Source of the DNA: Eledone cirrhosa
Lineage: Eukaryota
Assembly: GCA_964016885.1 (NCBI GenBank)
Contig: OZ024740.1
Location: 121,644,001-121,708,000 of the forward strand
DNA length: 64,000 bases
Direction: 5' to 3'
The notes under the pieces are model-generated. The model did not search any database. It was not told where the DNA came from and worked only from the letters and a program-made list of their open reading frames with translations. The translations under genes were made by a program, and so were the position numbers. Position 1 is the first letter of the stretch. Every line of letters begins with the position of its first letter. Below, piece after piece: positions 1 to 13,098 of the stretch.

Positions 1-950
1 GCAGCATCCGTGTCAACAGTTTCTTTAGTCTCTCCATCCTGGGTATCAAGAATGAGATCAGTAGCATATTGTTTGCCCTCCTTCAATATAGATGAAATCT
101 TCTTACTTCTCTCATGCTTTTCAACAAGTTTCAGCATACAGTCGTTAGTTGTTTCAAGGTATTTGGCCAGTCCAAATGGCGGTCTTGTAAGCAAGTTCAA
201 ATTGGATCAGGCCACGGCCACCTTGAGTTCTAGGTAGGTAAAGACGATCCACATCTGCTTTTGGGTGGTACATCTTAATACAGGTCAGTAGCTTACGGAC
301 TTTGGTGTCGATTCTTTTGATTTCACTCACGTTCCAGTTCAACACACCGAAGCTATGACTTACAAATGGCACTTCCAAAGAATTTATGGTAAGTACACTG
401 TTACGAGCGTTTAGTTATGATCTCAGAACTGCACGTACTCTCCTGCAACATTATTTCCTTATCCTCTCTTTCATACTTGCATGCTGTATGCCAGAGCCCT
501 TATTAATCCTGCAGTATTTATAGTTTTGTTCCTGCTCAAGTTCCTTTATGATTGTTTCAGCATCCAATTCAACTGAGTCTGAGTTGACAAGCTTCCTCTT
601 CTTGAAAGTGGCTTTTGCACGCTTGTTAAGTCCAAACTCCATCCTCGTGTGATCGCTAAAGGTTTTTACTGTCCGCAAAAAGCCTTCCAGTTCCTCATTA
701 TCTTTTCAATATAGCTTCAAATCATCCATATAAAATAGGTGGCTTATTTGTTGTTGTCAATTCTATAACCGTACCCTGTTCTATTAAGCTCGGATGTAAG
801 GGATATTAAAGCTATGCAGAAAAGCAACGGTGAAAGTGAGTCACCCTGGAATATACCACCGATGATGTTTATATTCCTAGAGCACAGTACCCAGTGGAAT
901 GAGACAATTGGATATTTGTGTTCCATAATGACATATTGTACTTCAGGAAC
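1..950 (-). mobile_element. R4/Dong-clade non-LTR retrotransposon RT fragment (family C), degraded, runs off window start
   Basis: Frameshifted ORFs 744-926 (GIFQGDSLSPLLFCIAL), 451-678 (MEFGLNKRAKATFKK) and 154-378 (HPKADVDRLYLPRTQGGRGL) match the RT and post-RT motifs of the other Dong copies. Confidence 0.8.
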
Positions 951-990
951 TTTGAGATCACAGGTCAGATTTTATTATTATTATTATTAT

Positions 991-2065
991 TGTTCTTTGA
1001 GTCTCAGTCATTGATGTTAGTTAACTGGAAAGTTTATTGCAATGAATATCAAGCCACTACCTGCAGCCTCAGATATTCAGGATGTATCGGAGGTTTCTTG
1101 CTGTTCCCAGCAAGCATGCCTTTTGAAGCGTTCCAAAAAGCGTGGCTCGGCTAATTTTCTTCAACCATCCCTGGAAACTTTTTGAGATAGTACCTAGTGC
1201 GCCTATGACAATCGGGACCACTTTGAGTTTATGGTAGTTCCAAATCCTTTTATACCTCCCACTTTAAGTCCTGGTATCGGTTAATTTTCTCCCTCTCCTT
1301 CTCTTGTACTCTCGTGTCGAATGGGCAGGCCACATCCTCAATCAGGCACGATCTTTTTTCTTAGTCCAAAACCACCAGGTCAGGTCTATTGTGTTCCAGT
1401 TTCTTGTCCGTCTGTATCCTAAAATCCCACAGCACCTTCACCTGGTCGTTTTCTATCAGCGACTCTGGCTTATACTCATACCGCTTCTCAGAATGTGGTA
1501 AATTGTTTACTTTGCATAGGTGCCAGTGGATCACCCTGCCCATCACATCATGTCTCCAGCCCTTATAGTTAGTCTGGGATTGGTGTTTACACTCGGATAC
1601 AATGTGAGCCACAGTCTCCTCTCTCTCTCCACAGATCCTGCACAGTGGGCTAGCCTCCTCCTTGTAAATATGGTGTTTCAACCACTTCGTTTTGAGGGCC
1701 TGCTCTTGTGCAGCCATTAACATTCCTTCTGTAGCCTTTTTAAGGTCTCCTCTTTTCAACCAGTTCCATGTCTGTGGATGTCTGAATTCCGTTTTCTCAA
1801 AGAAGGTACTATGAAGGGATTATTCCTGAAGGCTGCTCTTTCTCCTTGTTGTTATTTCCTCCTTGGACATCCCCTGGTCTATTGTCCTCTCCTTCAGTAC
1901 AGTTCTGAACATTGGCTCCTTACTATCAATCACGTATTTGTGTAGGTTGTTTTTCTCCATCTGAACACAGTCCTCTATGCTGATAAGACCTCTTCCACCC
2001 TCAGATCTCCTTAAGTAGAGTCTATCGACATCACTCCTCTTGTGGAACGTGTTGTAGATAGTCAA
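991..2065 (-). mobile_element. R4/Dong family B, 5'-truncated 3' fragment (CCHC + RLE endonuclease + 3' UTR) flanked by (ATT)n on both sides
   Basis: ORFs 1820-2065 and 1361-1759 (CRICGEREETVAHIVSEC, RHD, NRPDLVV). Colinear with 52790-53835. ATT tracts at ~975-990 and ~2066-2092. Confidence 0.9.
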
Positions 2066-2096
2066 TTATTATTATTATTATTATTATTATTATACA

Positions 2097-2303
2097 GGGC
2101 GGTGGATTGGAAGTATCGGTAGAGGGTCGGACGCCATGCTTTGCAGCAAAAAGTTATGCCCCTTTATGGTCTGAGTTCAAATCCCGCCGAGGTTAACTTT
2201 GCCTTTCATCCTTGCAGGGTCGATAAAATAAAGTACCAGTAATACACTGCGATAATTGCTGGCCGTGTGCCAAAAGTAGAAACAATTATTTTTATTATTA
2301 TTA

Positions 2304-2341
<38 letters not shown>
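2097..2341 (+). mobile_element. tRNA-derived SINE copy 1 with (ATT)n tail
   Basis: A-box-like TGGAAGTATCGG, B-box GAGTTCAAATCC, central GCCTTTCATCC..GGGTCGATAAAATAAAGTACCAG (resembles the Meta-type domain of mollusc SINEs, recalled not searched), ATT tail. Three copies in the window. Confidence 0.85.
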
Positions 2342-2368
2342 GCCGACCTACGTAGTAAATCGTATCAT

Positions 2369-2552
2369 AGCGGTGGATTGGCAGTATCGGTAGCGGGTCG
2401 GACGCCATGCTTTCCAGCATAGTTACGTCCCTTTACGATCTGAGTTCAAATCCTGCCGAGGTTGACTTTGCCTTTCATCCTTACGGGGTCGATAAAATAA
2501 AGTACCAGTAATACACTGGGTAATTGCTGGCCTTGTGCCTAAAGTAGAAACA

Positions 2553-2612
<60 letters not shown>
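2369..2612 (+). mobile_element. tRNA-derived SINE copy 2 with (ATT)n tail, flanked by 27-bp direct repeats
   Basis: Same A/B boxes and central domain as copy 1. GCCGACCTACGTAGTAAATCGTATCAT occurs at 2342-2368 and 2613-2639. Confidence 0.85.
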
Positions 2613-2828
2613 GCCGACCTACGTAGTAAATCGTATCATCGTGAGCGCCGCAAATGTTTGTTATTTTCAGTTGTTTAAAATTGCCATTTATGTAAATATT
2701 TTATTGTTAACTGTATATAAGTGCACATACTTTGATTTCTGAAAAGGACGCTCAAATATATTGGGGCCTTGAGCCCAAAATTTAAACTTTTTATAATTAT
2801 CAAGCAAAACATTTTTCTTTGAAAAATC

Positions 2829-4607
2829 ATGAATGACTCAGATTCACTCCTTCCTCACAATCTAACACCTCACACCGACACCACCATTGTAAATATTGCT
2901 ACGTTTGCCAACACTGGGAATGTAAGCAGTAGCAATATTTTAAATTTGTCTCAGGCAGACGTTCATTTCCCGCCATTACCAATGACTGCAGATGTTAAAG
3001 CCGCCACCACCACCGCCACCACGACAACCACCACCCCCACCACCACCACAGCGACAAAAGAAACAAAAGAAAAAATAAATTAATTCGTGATATCGAAATG
3101 AATTCAACCAAAATGAACTCTTCCACACCGAACACCACTGACGCCACCACCACCACAACTGAAACTAAAATTAACAATATCAAAAATAACGATAACAACA
3201 GCAGCAACAATGAAATTAAGAAAACTACCCTGAGTTTTGCCAGAGTAGCAAAAGCGTACGAAGCGATCCAGGTAACTCAGGAGGAATTAGAAGAAGCCAA
3301 AGGAATGGTAAAGAAAGATGGGTACAGTGTCAGCCTCCCCAATACCTAATAAAATGGAGCAACGTCGCCTATGCACCATGTCTTATCGGACAATTAACAT
3401 AAAATCGCGCCGAGTGTAACGGGCATCAGAGTCCCAAATCCAAAAAGCTTTGGGACATGTGTGGGCAAAAAACCCCAGATCAGACGTGGGCAGAAGTATG
3501 GAACCGTGGACGTGTTCTTTGAAACATCACTGGAGGCCAGAGAACACTCCATGGCCCCATTAAGAAGTGACGACTTCACACTCGTCCCAAGCTATTGTGG
3601 CCAGAGACTTGTGAAGATCAGGGTGACCCACGTTCCACCGGCCATCGAAATTCCCTGGCTAATGGCTGCCGTCCTCGCCGGCATCGAGGCCAACACCAAG
3701 ATAATTGAGATAGCGAAAGAAAAGCAGGAGAACTGGTCCGGATCTGGGATGGAGCTCCTGATCCAAGCGGACCATAAAAGCATTGAGGAGATCCCAGAAG
3801 TAATAGAAGTCACTGACGGCAGCCACCTCACCGTAATCGTCGAGAGCAGAAGACCTAGGTGTGTCGTTTGTGGTAAAGGAACCCACCTAAGGGCTTTCTG
3901 CCCTCAGGCTAAAAGCTTGAGGCCACCTCTCTTACCCACCCCAGTGACTCAACCATCAACACCACCAGCAGCAGAAAGGGCAGCAACAAATGTAGCAGCA
4001 ACAAAAGAAGCAACTGTAACAGCAACAACCCCAGCAACAGTAGCAAAACCAACACCACCACCACCCAACCCTCCAGAACTAGCACCAGCACCTACACCAT
4101 CCACCACGCCACAAACAAAACCAACGCCTATGGAGGATTTTCCACTTCTCGGCTTATCGCAACTGGAGACAGATTGTGACGACGAGGAGTGGGAAACGGT
4201 ATCAGTAAAAAAGAAAAAAAGAAACCAAAAAAGAAACAATTCTCTTCCTTCCCCCTCCAAAAACAAAATACAGAGGGAAACAAATAAATTATCAAAAGAA
4301 CCAAAACGATACACATTACACAGCATTAAATTTGAACAACGACCAATTATTACACTACATGCAACACAACACCAGCATCTCAGAAAAAGACTACACAACA
4401 ACCCAAAAGTTCACACAACCTCCACACATACAAATCACTCGCATCACACAGAAAACGTACATGACACTAAAACAAAAATTCCCCAAAGACATCGGAGACT
4501 TCCGACAAGCACTCTCCAGGAGGATTTATAAGGACATCCTTCCTGAGGAGGCCACAAGCAGTGAAAAGGATGGAAAAACCGTCCTTCCTCTACGAGAAGT
4601 AAGGTAA
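2829..4607 (+). pseudogene. Tx1 copy 1 ORF1 (Gag-like, CCHC knuckle), interrupted
   Basis: ORFs 2829-3083, 3098-3349, 3461-4531 (CVVCGKGTHLRAFC, Pro/Thr-rich region) and 4332-4607. Confidence 0.8.
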
Positions 4608-4641
4608 GTGGTCTTTCCCATCTTTTCCACTCCATTTCAAC

Positions 4642-7600
4642 ATGACCTCACTCAGAATAGGCAGCATAAATGCGCGTGGGTTGGGGTCGTCAAGGAAGCA
4701 GGGCCACCAGCTCAACGATCTCAGGTCACTAAACATAGATGTAGTCGCCATCAGCGAGACCAGATTCTCCGAAGCACGGGCCTTCGCACCGATCATCGGC
4801 GGCTACGATGTGTATGCATCTCCCAGCCGTCCGGGATCGGGGGCGGGGAGTTGCTGTGCTTTTTCGAAGAGGTTTGGATCTCGCCATACGGGCCATCTTC
4901 CAGGACCCAGAAGGTAAGTTGGTGGTGCTGGACGTGACCAGCGGAGACGTGCAAGCTTTCAGGTTAGTGGCCATCTATGCCCCGACAGGAGCAGGGCGGC
5001 CTGATTTCTTCCGGCGTCTGGAGACCTTTCTTGGAACGTCCCGCTCTTTAGTGTTAGTGGGCGACTGGAACGAGATCTTAGAGGCACGCTAGGATTGTGT
5101 GGGATTAGTGGATAGGGGAGGAGGGTGCATAAGTCTCACCAACCTCCTCAGGCGTTTTGAACTGTCTGACAGGTACCGATTGGATTTCCCGAATGTACCA
5201 ATGTGGACTTGGACAAATCGCATAGGGTCATCCAGATCATATCTAGATAGAGTATTTTGTAGGGAAATAGATAGGTCTAGCATAGGCTGTCCACAATTCA
5301 AGATAGTCAGCTACATGGACCACAAATTCGTGATGTGTGTGCTTGACTTAGATAGGCTTCATAGACGAGGACCCGGCTACTGGAAGCTAAACGCGTCCTT
5401 ACAAGCGCGCAAGGCCTACAGAGACCGGATTAGCGAACTAGTTAAGCGGGCGTTGACAAGGGCCATCATCAACAACAAGTGGTGGTTTGCTCTGAAAAGA
5501 GCAATTAGAATAAAGGCCATTAGGTTTAGTAAGGCTTTAGCAATAGAGAAAAATAGAGCAGAGGGAGAATTAGTTAGAAAATTAGACGAGGCGCTTAGCA
5601 AAGGCATCGCGACCGACATGCTTGCGGCAAAATTGGCATTTGACCAATCTTCAATGCAAAGCACGAAGTGTGTTGTCAGAGCTAGGGTGCATGCTCTCAG
5701 ACACGAGGGGACGAAAGCCGTTCAATGGGCCCGAGTGGCGGAGGCGCCTCGTGGCAACAAAGCCCCGATCTGGTTTTTGGTGGACCACGACGGGGTCGCA
5801 TGCTACTCGATCCCGGGAAAATGTGTGAAGCTTTTCAGCGACACTTCGCTCAACTGTTGGGGGGCAGCGGCGGGCCGGGTCGAGGGGTGGACTTTAGTGT
5901 CTACCTTGACGGACTGACGCGGCTCTCGGCCACTGAGGCGGAGTGTTGCGAAAAGCCGATAACAGCCCCTGAAGTACGGGAGGCAATGAATAGCTGCACA
6001 AGGGGTAATCGCCTGGTTTGGATCGTCTGCCCTATGAACTTTACTTACAGATGCCAGACTTGTTCGGAGACCTCTTGGCGGACGTCTACTGCAACTGGCA
6101 ACAGAACGGGAGAATTCCCAGCTCTGTGAGCCGAGGAGCTGTGGCACTGCTGAGAAAGGATCCGAACAAAGGGGATAACATAGATCATTTTAGGCCAATA
6201 ACTCTGCTAAGCAAATAGTTCAAGATTTTGACCAAGGTGCTAGCAAAGAGGTTGGCGCTTGTCGTTAGTGGTCTGGTGGGAGAGGCGCAGACATGCGCCA
6301 TTCCCGACAGATCCATCCACAACAACCTCCACCTCTTTCGATACATCGCAGAGAGGGTAGCTAGGGAACCTAGCACGGGTGGGTCCTTGATCAGTCGAAA
6401 GCATTCGATAGGGTCGACCATCGCTTCCTAGTGGCAGTCCTGAGGGCGGCTGGATTTGGGCCCGTCTTAAGAGGCTGGATCGCTGCCATGCACAGCGACA
6501 TCTGCTTTGTGGTGAGAGTGACCGGTCACTTTTCGGAACCGTTCAACATCATGCGTTCGGTCTGCCAGGGATGTCTCGTCTCGTCCCTCTTGTACGTATT
6601 AACTCTCGAGCAATTACTGCACAAACTGGAAACGTTGAGGGGGTTCTCGCGCGAACTAGGATGTGGAAGATCCGTGTCAGCATATGCGGACGATGTCACC
6701 GTAGTGGTGTCGAACGCCAAACACATCGAGGCGATCGGCACTACACTAAGAGAATACGACGCGGTGACAGGAGCAATGATCAACCAGGAAAAGTCAGTAG
6801 GCCTGCAGCTTGGCACCTGAAGAGGCAGGTCCATGCCGTCCAACAGCATCGTCGGGTGCTAGACGGACGGACCAGTTAAATTGCTCGGTGTCTGGTTCGG
6901 TCTGGATCTCCAGACGGACAAAAACTCGGACGAGTTGACGAGCAGGGTGGCTTCTCTCACCCAGAAAATGGCGGAGAGGATGCTATCCCTGAAAGATCAA
7001 GTGGAGGTGGCTAACGCGTATATCGCGTCCGTCATCTACTACAGCCTGACCGTCATACCTTGTCCTAAGCACCGCCTGACTGCGTTGGAGCGTTTGCTCT
7101 TTCGCTTTTTGTGGAAGGGACGCACTCCGATGGTCAGGCGGTCCATCTGCTGTCAACACCCGCTACGTGGAGGGCTGGGAATGACGTGGCTGATGATGCG
7201 TAGACACGCGCTCAGGCTACGATATCTCCACCTCTTCCACGACGGTGATCAGGTGTGGTCACCCTTTGCTTGATGCGTCTTTCCCCAGCTCGTCTCCTTG
7301 ACGGAGTACCAGTCCTGGGTCAAGCGAAGACCGAGAGGGAGCGCTTGGCGACTGGAATGTCTTCAGGCGCTCACAGCCCTCGACCAATCGGGCAATGTGA
7401 TCGGTGGAAACTCCACCTTGGCGTTCTATAGAGGATTAGTGGAGGGGAAGAGCGACCAACGTACTTGGAGAAAGTCTAGGCGTCGACGAAAATCAACTAG
7501 CCAATCTCTTCGGAAGGACTTCGGGCCGGGGCCTATGGACTACTTCCAGAAATCCCTGGCCTGGCAGTGCTACCGAGTAGCTTTGCCAGTTCGGTATAAA

Positions 7601-8050
7601 CTCTACAGTCATGGCGGTGCCGTCATCCGGGCATGTCCGAGATGCGCGCAGGGCGACGAAACCGTCCTGCACGCACTCGTCCAGTGTCCGAAAATTGCTG
7701 ACTTGTGGGTTTATGTCGAACACCTGCTGTCGCGTGTAGGAAGGATCCGGCTATCATCTGAGTCCATCGTAAGGATTGCCCCGCCCTCTTCCTTTAGCCG
7801 GGAAGGGCAGTTAGTGTTTATCTGTCTGGTGGCCATGGCGAAAGAGACAGTATGGTGGACACGTTTGAAAGGGCTGAAGACGAGCACTTAACTCTTCGGT
7901 GATGCCCTGATTAACTTTTTCAAATTTCATTTGAAAAGGAAAATCAGGGTAGAGAGGGAAGTGCTCACTTCCCATCATTCTGTTGAAAGATGGGTGAGAG
8001 AAACAAGAATGGCCCGAGTGAATGGGCCTACTCTGAGTACGTATCTGTAA
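4642..8050 (+). pseudogene. Tx1 copy 1 ORF2 (APE endonuclease-RT-CCHC), multiple frameshifts and stops
   Basis: SINARGL, ISETR, VGDWN, SYLDR, DH, GYWKLN, YADD (in 6431-6820), GGLG, CPRC..ETVLHALVQC. Confidence 0.9.
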
Positions 8051-8298
8051 ATTAAGGGTGGAAAACTGGGAGAGGGCACTTGCCTTGGTGGTCAGGGTCA
8101 CTGTGGCCTTTTACTGGGCTTTCTCCACAAATGTCCCTCCGAAATCTCCCCCCTATTGAGGAATTTTTCATTGTTATTTTTTGTTACATCCTCTGTTTTT
8201 GTTCTTTACACGCAGAAATGCCCATTTGTACCGTCCTGTATTGTCCTGCACTGTCCTTAATGTCTACTTTATATAAACCCTTGTGGTTAATAAAGAAA

Positions 8299-8334
<36 letters not shown>

Positions 8335-8335
<1 letters not shown>

Positions 8336-11300
8336 AGTTGCATTTATCTTGCTATATGTTCATACGAGTTATCACCAAGTCACAATCAGTGACCTAAAGA
8401 GACAACAAGGTCCGCCTTGTTCCATAAAGAACAGACATAAACACACATGCATCTTTAGGTGTTTAGACTTGTGATGTAGTTATATTGACAGAATCTTCCT
8501 TAGTATATGGGCAGTTCCCAGTAGTACTATATTTGGTATTTCTCCTATACGCGGGTTTCCTGGGATTTGCGATAAGTAATAACTAGACCCCTTAGGTATC
8601 ATTCCTAGAGCGCCTACAACCACTGGTATTGTTTTAGATCTCAATTTCCACATTTTTCCAATTTCTATCTCCAGGTCCTTATACTTGCTCAATTATTCAA
8701 ATGTTTTTATAGATACATTCTTGTCTATTGGAACGTACATATCAATTAGCAGGCATTCCCTATTTTTAAAGTCTTTCAGTATTATATCAGGTCTATTTGC
8801 ATCTATTTTTCCGTCTGTTTGGATGCAAAAGTTCCATAAGATTGAGATGTGATCTTTTTTCAAGTATGGGAGGTGGTTGATGCTCCCACCAATTCTTTTG
8901 ATGGGGCAGGTCAAAATGCTTACACATTATCCAATGTATGTATTGTGCAGCTCTGTCATGCCTGTTTAGGTATTTGCTTGGAGCTATAGGACTGCACATT
9001 GAAATTATATGATCAATGGTCCCGGGTTGTTTTTTTTACATACACGGCATAATGGGTGCATTCATTTTTTATTATGTTGGCTTGGTAATTTTATGTTGGG
9101 ACTGATTATATCTTGTGCTGATATAATCAGTCCTTCAGTCTCCGATTTCAGTCCAGAGGATGCCAACCACTGATGGGTTAAAGTATTTTCAACATCAGGA
9201 TTGTTAGTTTCTGTAGCAGTTCTTTCTTTGCAGTTATTTTTACCTGCTTTGCTTTTTCTTTTTTTTCATTTCAGCAGTAAATGGAACTTCTGAATTGTGT
9301 AGTCCATTACTGTATCTTTGTGCATCTTTTGATGGTTTTGTGTTTCAAAACGAGTTTGATTATACAATCATGTGATTCCCTTAGATATGTAGATATTCCA
9401 ATTGTTGCAGTTTTCAACGCAATATCTAACTGGATTAACCCACGTCCTCCTTCTTTCCTAGCGAGATATATTATATCTGTATCTGCCTTAGGGTGATGCA
9501 TTCTGTGCATGGTTAAGAATTTTCTAATTTTTGTATCGATCCTACGGATCTCTGTGCTTGACCATTTGATGACATTGTAACTGTAGGTTACTACTGGTAT
9601 GGCAAGCGTTTTTATGGCATCGATCCTATTCCTTGCGTTCAATTCCGTTCTTAAGATTGCTCTTACTTTGCGTTAACATTCCTTCCTTATCCTTTCCCTC
9701 ATTGTCGAGTGCTTGATTCCATCCCCTTCACAAAGACCTAGATATTTGTAAGTTTTTTCTTGATCAAGTTCTCTTATTACATTCCCTCGATCAAGATTAA
9801 TGTCTGGACTTTACAGCAGCTTACCTCTGGCGGACGTTGCTTTGGCACATTTATCTACTCCAAACTCCATTTTAATGTCATCACTGAACTGCTTCACAGT
9901 GGATAATAGCCCTTGCAATTGTTCATCATTTTTTGCAAATAGTTTCAGGTCATCCATGTAAAACAAGTGATTAATGATTTTGTCATAGACTTTATATCCA
10001 TGTTTTGTTTCATTGAGCATTTCAATTAATAGTATAAGTGCGATGCAGAATAAAAGCGGAGATATAGAATCACCCTGAAAAATTCCACAATTAATATTAA
10101 CTTCTCCAGCTTCCAGTGATTTTTCACTATTCAAAAGGAGTGCCGCTTTCCATCTCCGGAATGATCGGAACCTACTGTCAACGGGAGATATTTTGGTCAT
10201 ATGTATATTCAGTTAGGACTGATGTTAAAATTTTATACATTGTGGTCAAGCAAGTTATCGGTCTGTAAGTTTTGGGATTGTTTGTCTCATCATTCTTCGG
10301 AAGCAGGAATGTAATGCCGTTAACTAGCCAGGGTGGTATCTTTTCTGGCTCCTTAACTATTTCATTGTAAAGTTGGTCTAACAATTCATGAGACTGTGAA
10401 GGCATTTATCCAAAAATCTGGTATTTTGACTTTTCCTGGGGATTTCCATTTGCTGGTTTTTCTAAGAGCCAAACGTAACTGTTCAACTGTTATATTTTCC
10501 CATATTTGTTCCTCAAGGTGAGCTCTATCTTTCATTTGTCGGTCTATCCATGAGGCATGTATATTATGAACTTTTTCTTCGGCTCAGATCTTTTCCCAGA
10601 ATTATTGCCCTTCCCCCTTGGGTGGTATTTATTTAGCAGTTATTGTTGACTTGCCAATTTTTCTGTAGAAGTTTCTTTGGTTGTTTTTGAACATCTTATT
10701 GTCCTTATAGAATCTAGATCGTTTTTCAAAGCGCTTTGGCCGACACTTTTTGCTTGATTATTTCTATCAGCATGTCTATGTTACTTGTTGATTTTATACT
10801 GTATTTTCTTTTCAATTTTCTAAGTTTAGTTTGTTTAACATGTTCACCTACTTTGTAGTTTGTTAAAATTTCTATGTCAGATTGGAGAAGGTTTATTGGC
10901 GATTGATGTTCTGTTGCCAAGTAGATTTCTTGTGGGAATTCCTATGTTTTTTCATTTTCACTCCACATAAGTGAGTGGTGACTTTAGCCGATGCATAATA
11001 GAGATGATTTAAATCAGTAATGTTTAGTTTGTATGTGATAATAATGTTTTTGAGAATTATGTTTGTCTTGTGCATTATCTTTTGGTTCTGTTTGGACTTA
11101 TGGATCTTAGGGAGGGTGTCTCGTTCCCCCATGTCAGGTTCTTTCATTTTCATCTATTAGATCATAATTTCATCCTTCATGTTGGAAAGTTGATTCTCAT
11201 TCATTTCTTTATCATTTACGATCTCATTGTTTTCATTTTGAGTTTCATCTTGAGCATGCACTCCCTCCACTTTTTCGATCCTTTCTTTAATTTGTTTTGT

Positions 11301-12066
11301 TGTCAGTGATTCCGCCCCAACCCTGGGATTCGAAGTGTTACACTTTACCTCGTTTTCACTGACACATATTTCATTTTCCCTTCGCTGACTTTGTGCTAAT
11401 AGCTTGATCTGATCAATTTCTATATCAGTTAGTAACTTTTTTTTAGCAATATTTCCTTGTATGTTGGCTAGTTTGTTACTGTCAATACAGCCTCTGTTTT
11501 CGGGATGTTTCTTTTTCCAGTTGATATATGTCTGTTCTGTATTCGATTTATTTGATGGGTAGTACATGGCAGTGTAGAAAGCCTCAAGGGCTTCATTATT
11601 ATCTTCCCTTGACCATTTTCTCTCCTTTTCTTTGGATATCTTGGTGGTGATCATGGAGGGCCAACAGTAGGAGTGTTCCGGTTATGGGAGGTCTCCAGCT
11701 CCAAAGTGATGGGAAGGTTTGAACCATTAGCTTATTTTTCGACCCCATTCCGGTTCCTCTCTGAGGGAGGCGGCCCTTTTTGACTCGGGTGACTGCCGAT
11801 CCGGTATGAGATTTTATCTTTAGACATTTACTTTATTTTGTCGCGTTTTATACTTATCCGCAAAGGGGTAATCATTTCGTGTTACCACTTCTAAGACGAG
11901 TGTCAACCAAGACTAGAGGGGTCGTCCTCCCCTAGAGACACGGCTATTCCACGCCGGCCGCCATCCCGGTATATCTTGGTCAAGGGGTTTTCTTTTTTGT
12001 TGTTTTTTAAATTGTTATTACCATGAGTGGTTCCTTAATGTGAGCATTGCGTGGCTTAAGAATGCA
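8335..12066 (-). mobile_element. R4/Dong family A, near full-length, degraded, with an internal RT deletion
   Basis: Minus ORFs from 11157-11654 through RPITCL (10178-10405), QGDS..YMDDLK (9811-10200), RHD (8793-8999), RPDIIL (8693-8914) to IPVVVGALG (8480-8692). About 200 bp missing near 10190 relative to 63470-63670. 3' end abuts (ATT)n at 8301-8334. Confidence 0.9.
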
Positions 12067-12070
12067 ATTA

Positions 12071-12208
12071 TGGATTGCCAGTATCGGTAGAGGGTCGGAC
12101 GCCATGCTTTGACGCATAGAGCTACGATGCTTTCCATTCTGAGTTCAAATCCCGCCGAGGTTAACTTTGTCTTTCATCCTTACGGGGTCGATAAAATAAA
12201 GTACCAGT
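12071..12208 (+). mobile_element. tRNA-derived SINE copy 3, truncated at both ends
   Basis: TGGATTGCCAGTATCGG..GAGTTCAAATCCCGCCGAGG..GTCGATAAAATAAAGTACCAGT, as in copies 1-2. Confidence 0.8.
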
Positions 12209-12832
12209 CGCTGATGGGATAGTGGTAGCAATGATGGATGAAGTGGTGGCGGCGGTGACTATAGTGATAGCGTTGTCGTTACTGAGTTTTGTTGAATAGA
12301 CTGAAGTTTTATTTGATCTGTGTATCTATGCGTTTGTCGCGTATGTTTAATATATGTGTTGACATTTTTTTCTTAATATTGGAATTAAACATTTTGTTAA
12401 AACTTGAGACAATTATAATAGTAATTATTATTATTTTGCTGGGAGAGGTGGTGGTGGTGGTGGTGAAATTGCCGTTATCTGGCTATTGTATTTAGTGTAC
12501 GCAGAGGGGTAATGGGATAGGTGGTGTATCTAGTTTCTGGTGTTGGTGAAATTGTTGTTATTTGGCTGTTCAATATAGTGTAGACAGAGGGGTTTTCTTC
12601 CATTTATAACCACTTTCTTTTTTGAATATAACATGTTATAATACAAAATTGAATATTTGAGCGATATAACAATATATTATGGATCCGAATTTTCTGAGAC
12701 TTGAGTCTGGTGCTTTATGTATCATTTGTACAAAGAATTGTTATTTCACAATTGATTTAAATATGTTAAAAATCAAAAACTTACGGGAGCGATTTCATGA
12801 CCTTCTATCCACCACATGCGTCTTCTTTCCTA
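12209..12832 (-). mobile_element. R4/Dong family B 5' UTR fragment
   Basis: Colinear with 23260-23870 and with 53870-54290. Its 5' end abuts (CTT)n/(ATT)n at 12833-12882. Confidence 0.75.
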
Positions 12833-13098
12833 TTCTTCTTCTTCTTCTTCTTCTTATTATTATTATTATTATTATTATTATTGAATGCCATGGTTGACGG
12901 AGGCTCGGCTCTGTAAGGTATAGTAATTTTTAACCGTTAAAACAATTGTAAATTGTTTAAAACTTGAACCAAATTGTTGATAAAGACACCCTCCTCCTCG
13001 TGAGAGGGGTCTTTCTGTCCGTTATTTGGCCCTTCGGGGTTAAATAACCAGTTATTGGAGTTTTGTACCCCAAATTTCATTTTAAACAAAAAAACAAC

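Larger units (their letters stand above)
2613..8300 (+). mobile_element. Tx1/L1-clade LINE copy 1, full-length but degraded (5' module type alpha)
   Basis: 5' end matches the 5' end of the minus copy at ~62198. ORF1 has a zinc knuckle; ORF2 has APE, RT and CCHC. Ends AATAAAGAAATC + (ATT)n. Confidence 0.92.

Noticed and set aside
2097-2200. tRNA gene call from A/B boxes
   Set aside because: No cloverleaf; it continues into a SINE body and tail and is multicopy.
11900-11970. GC-rich GGCCGGC stretch in the Dong-A 5' UTR, reminiscent of an HDV-like ribozyme start
   Set aside because: I could not assemble the P1/P2/P3/P1.1 nested pseudoknot by eye; it needs a descriptor search.
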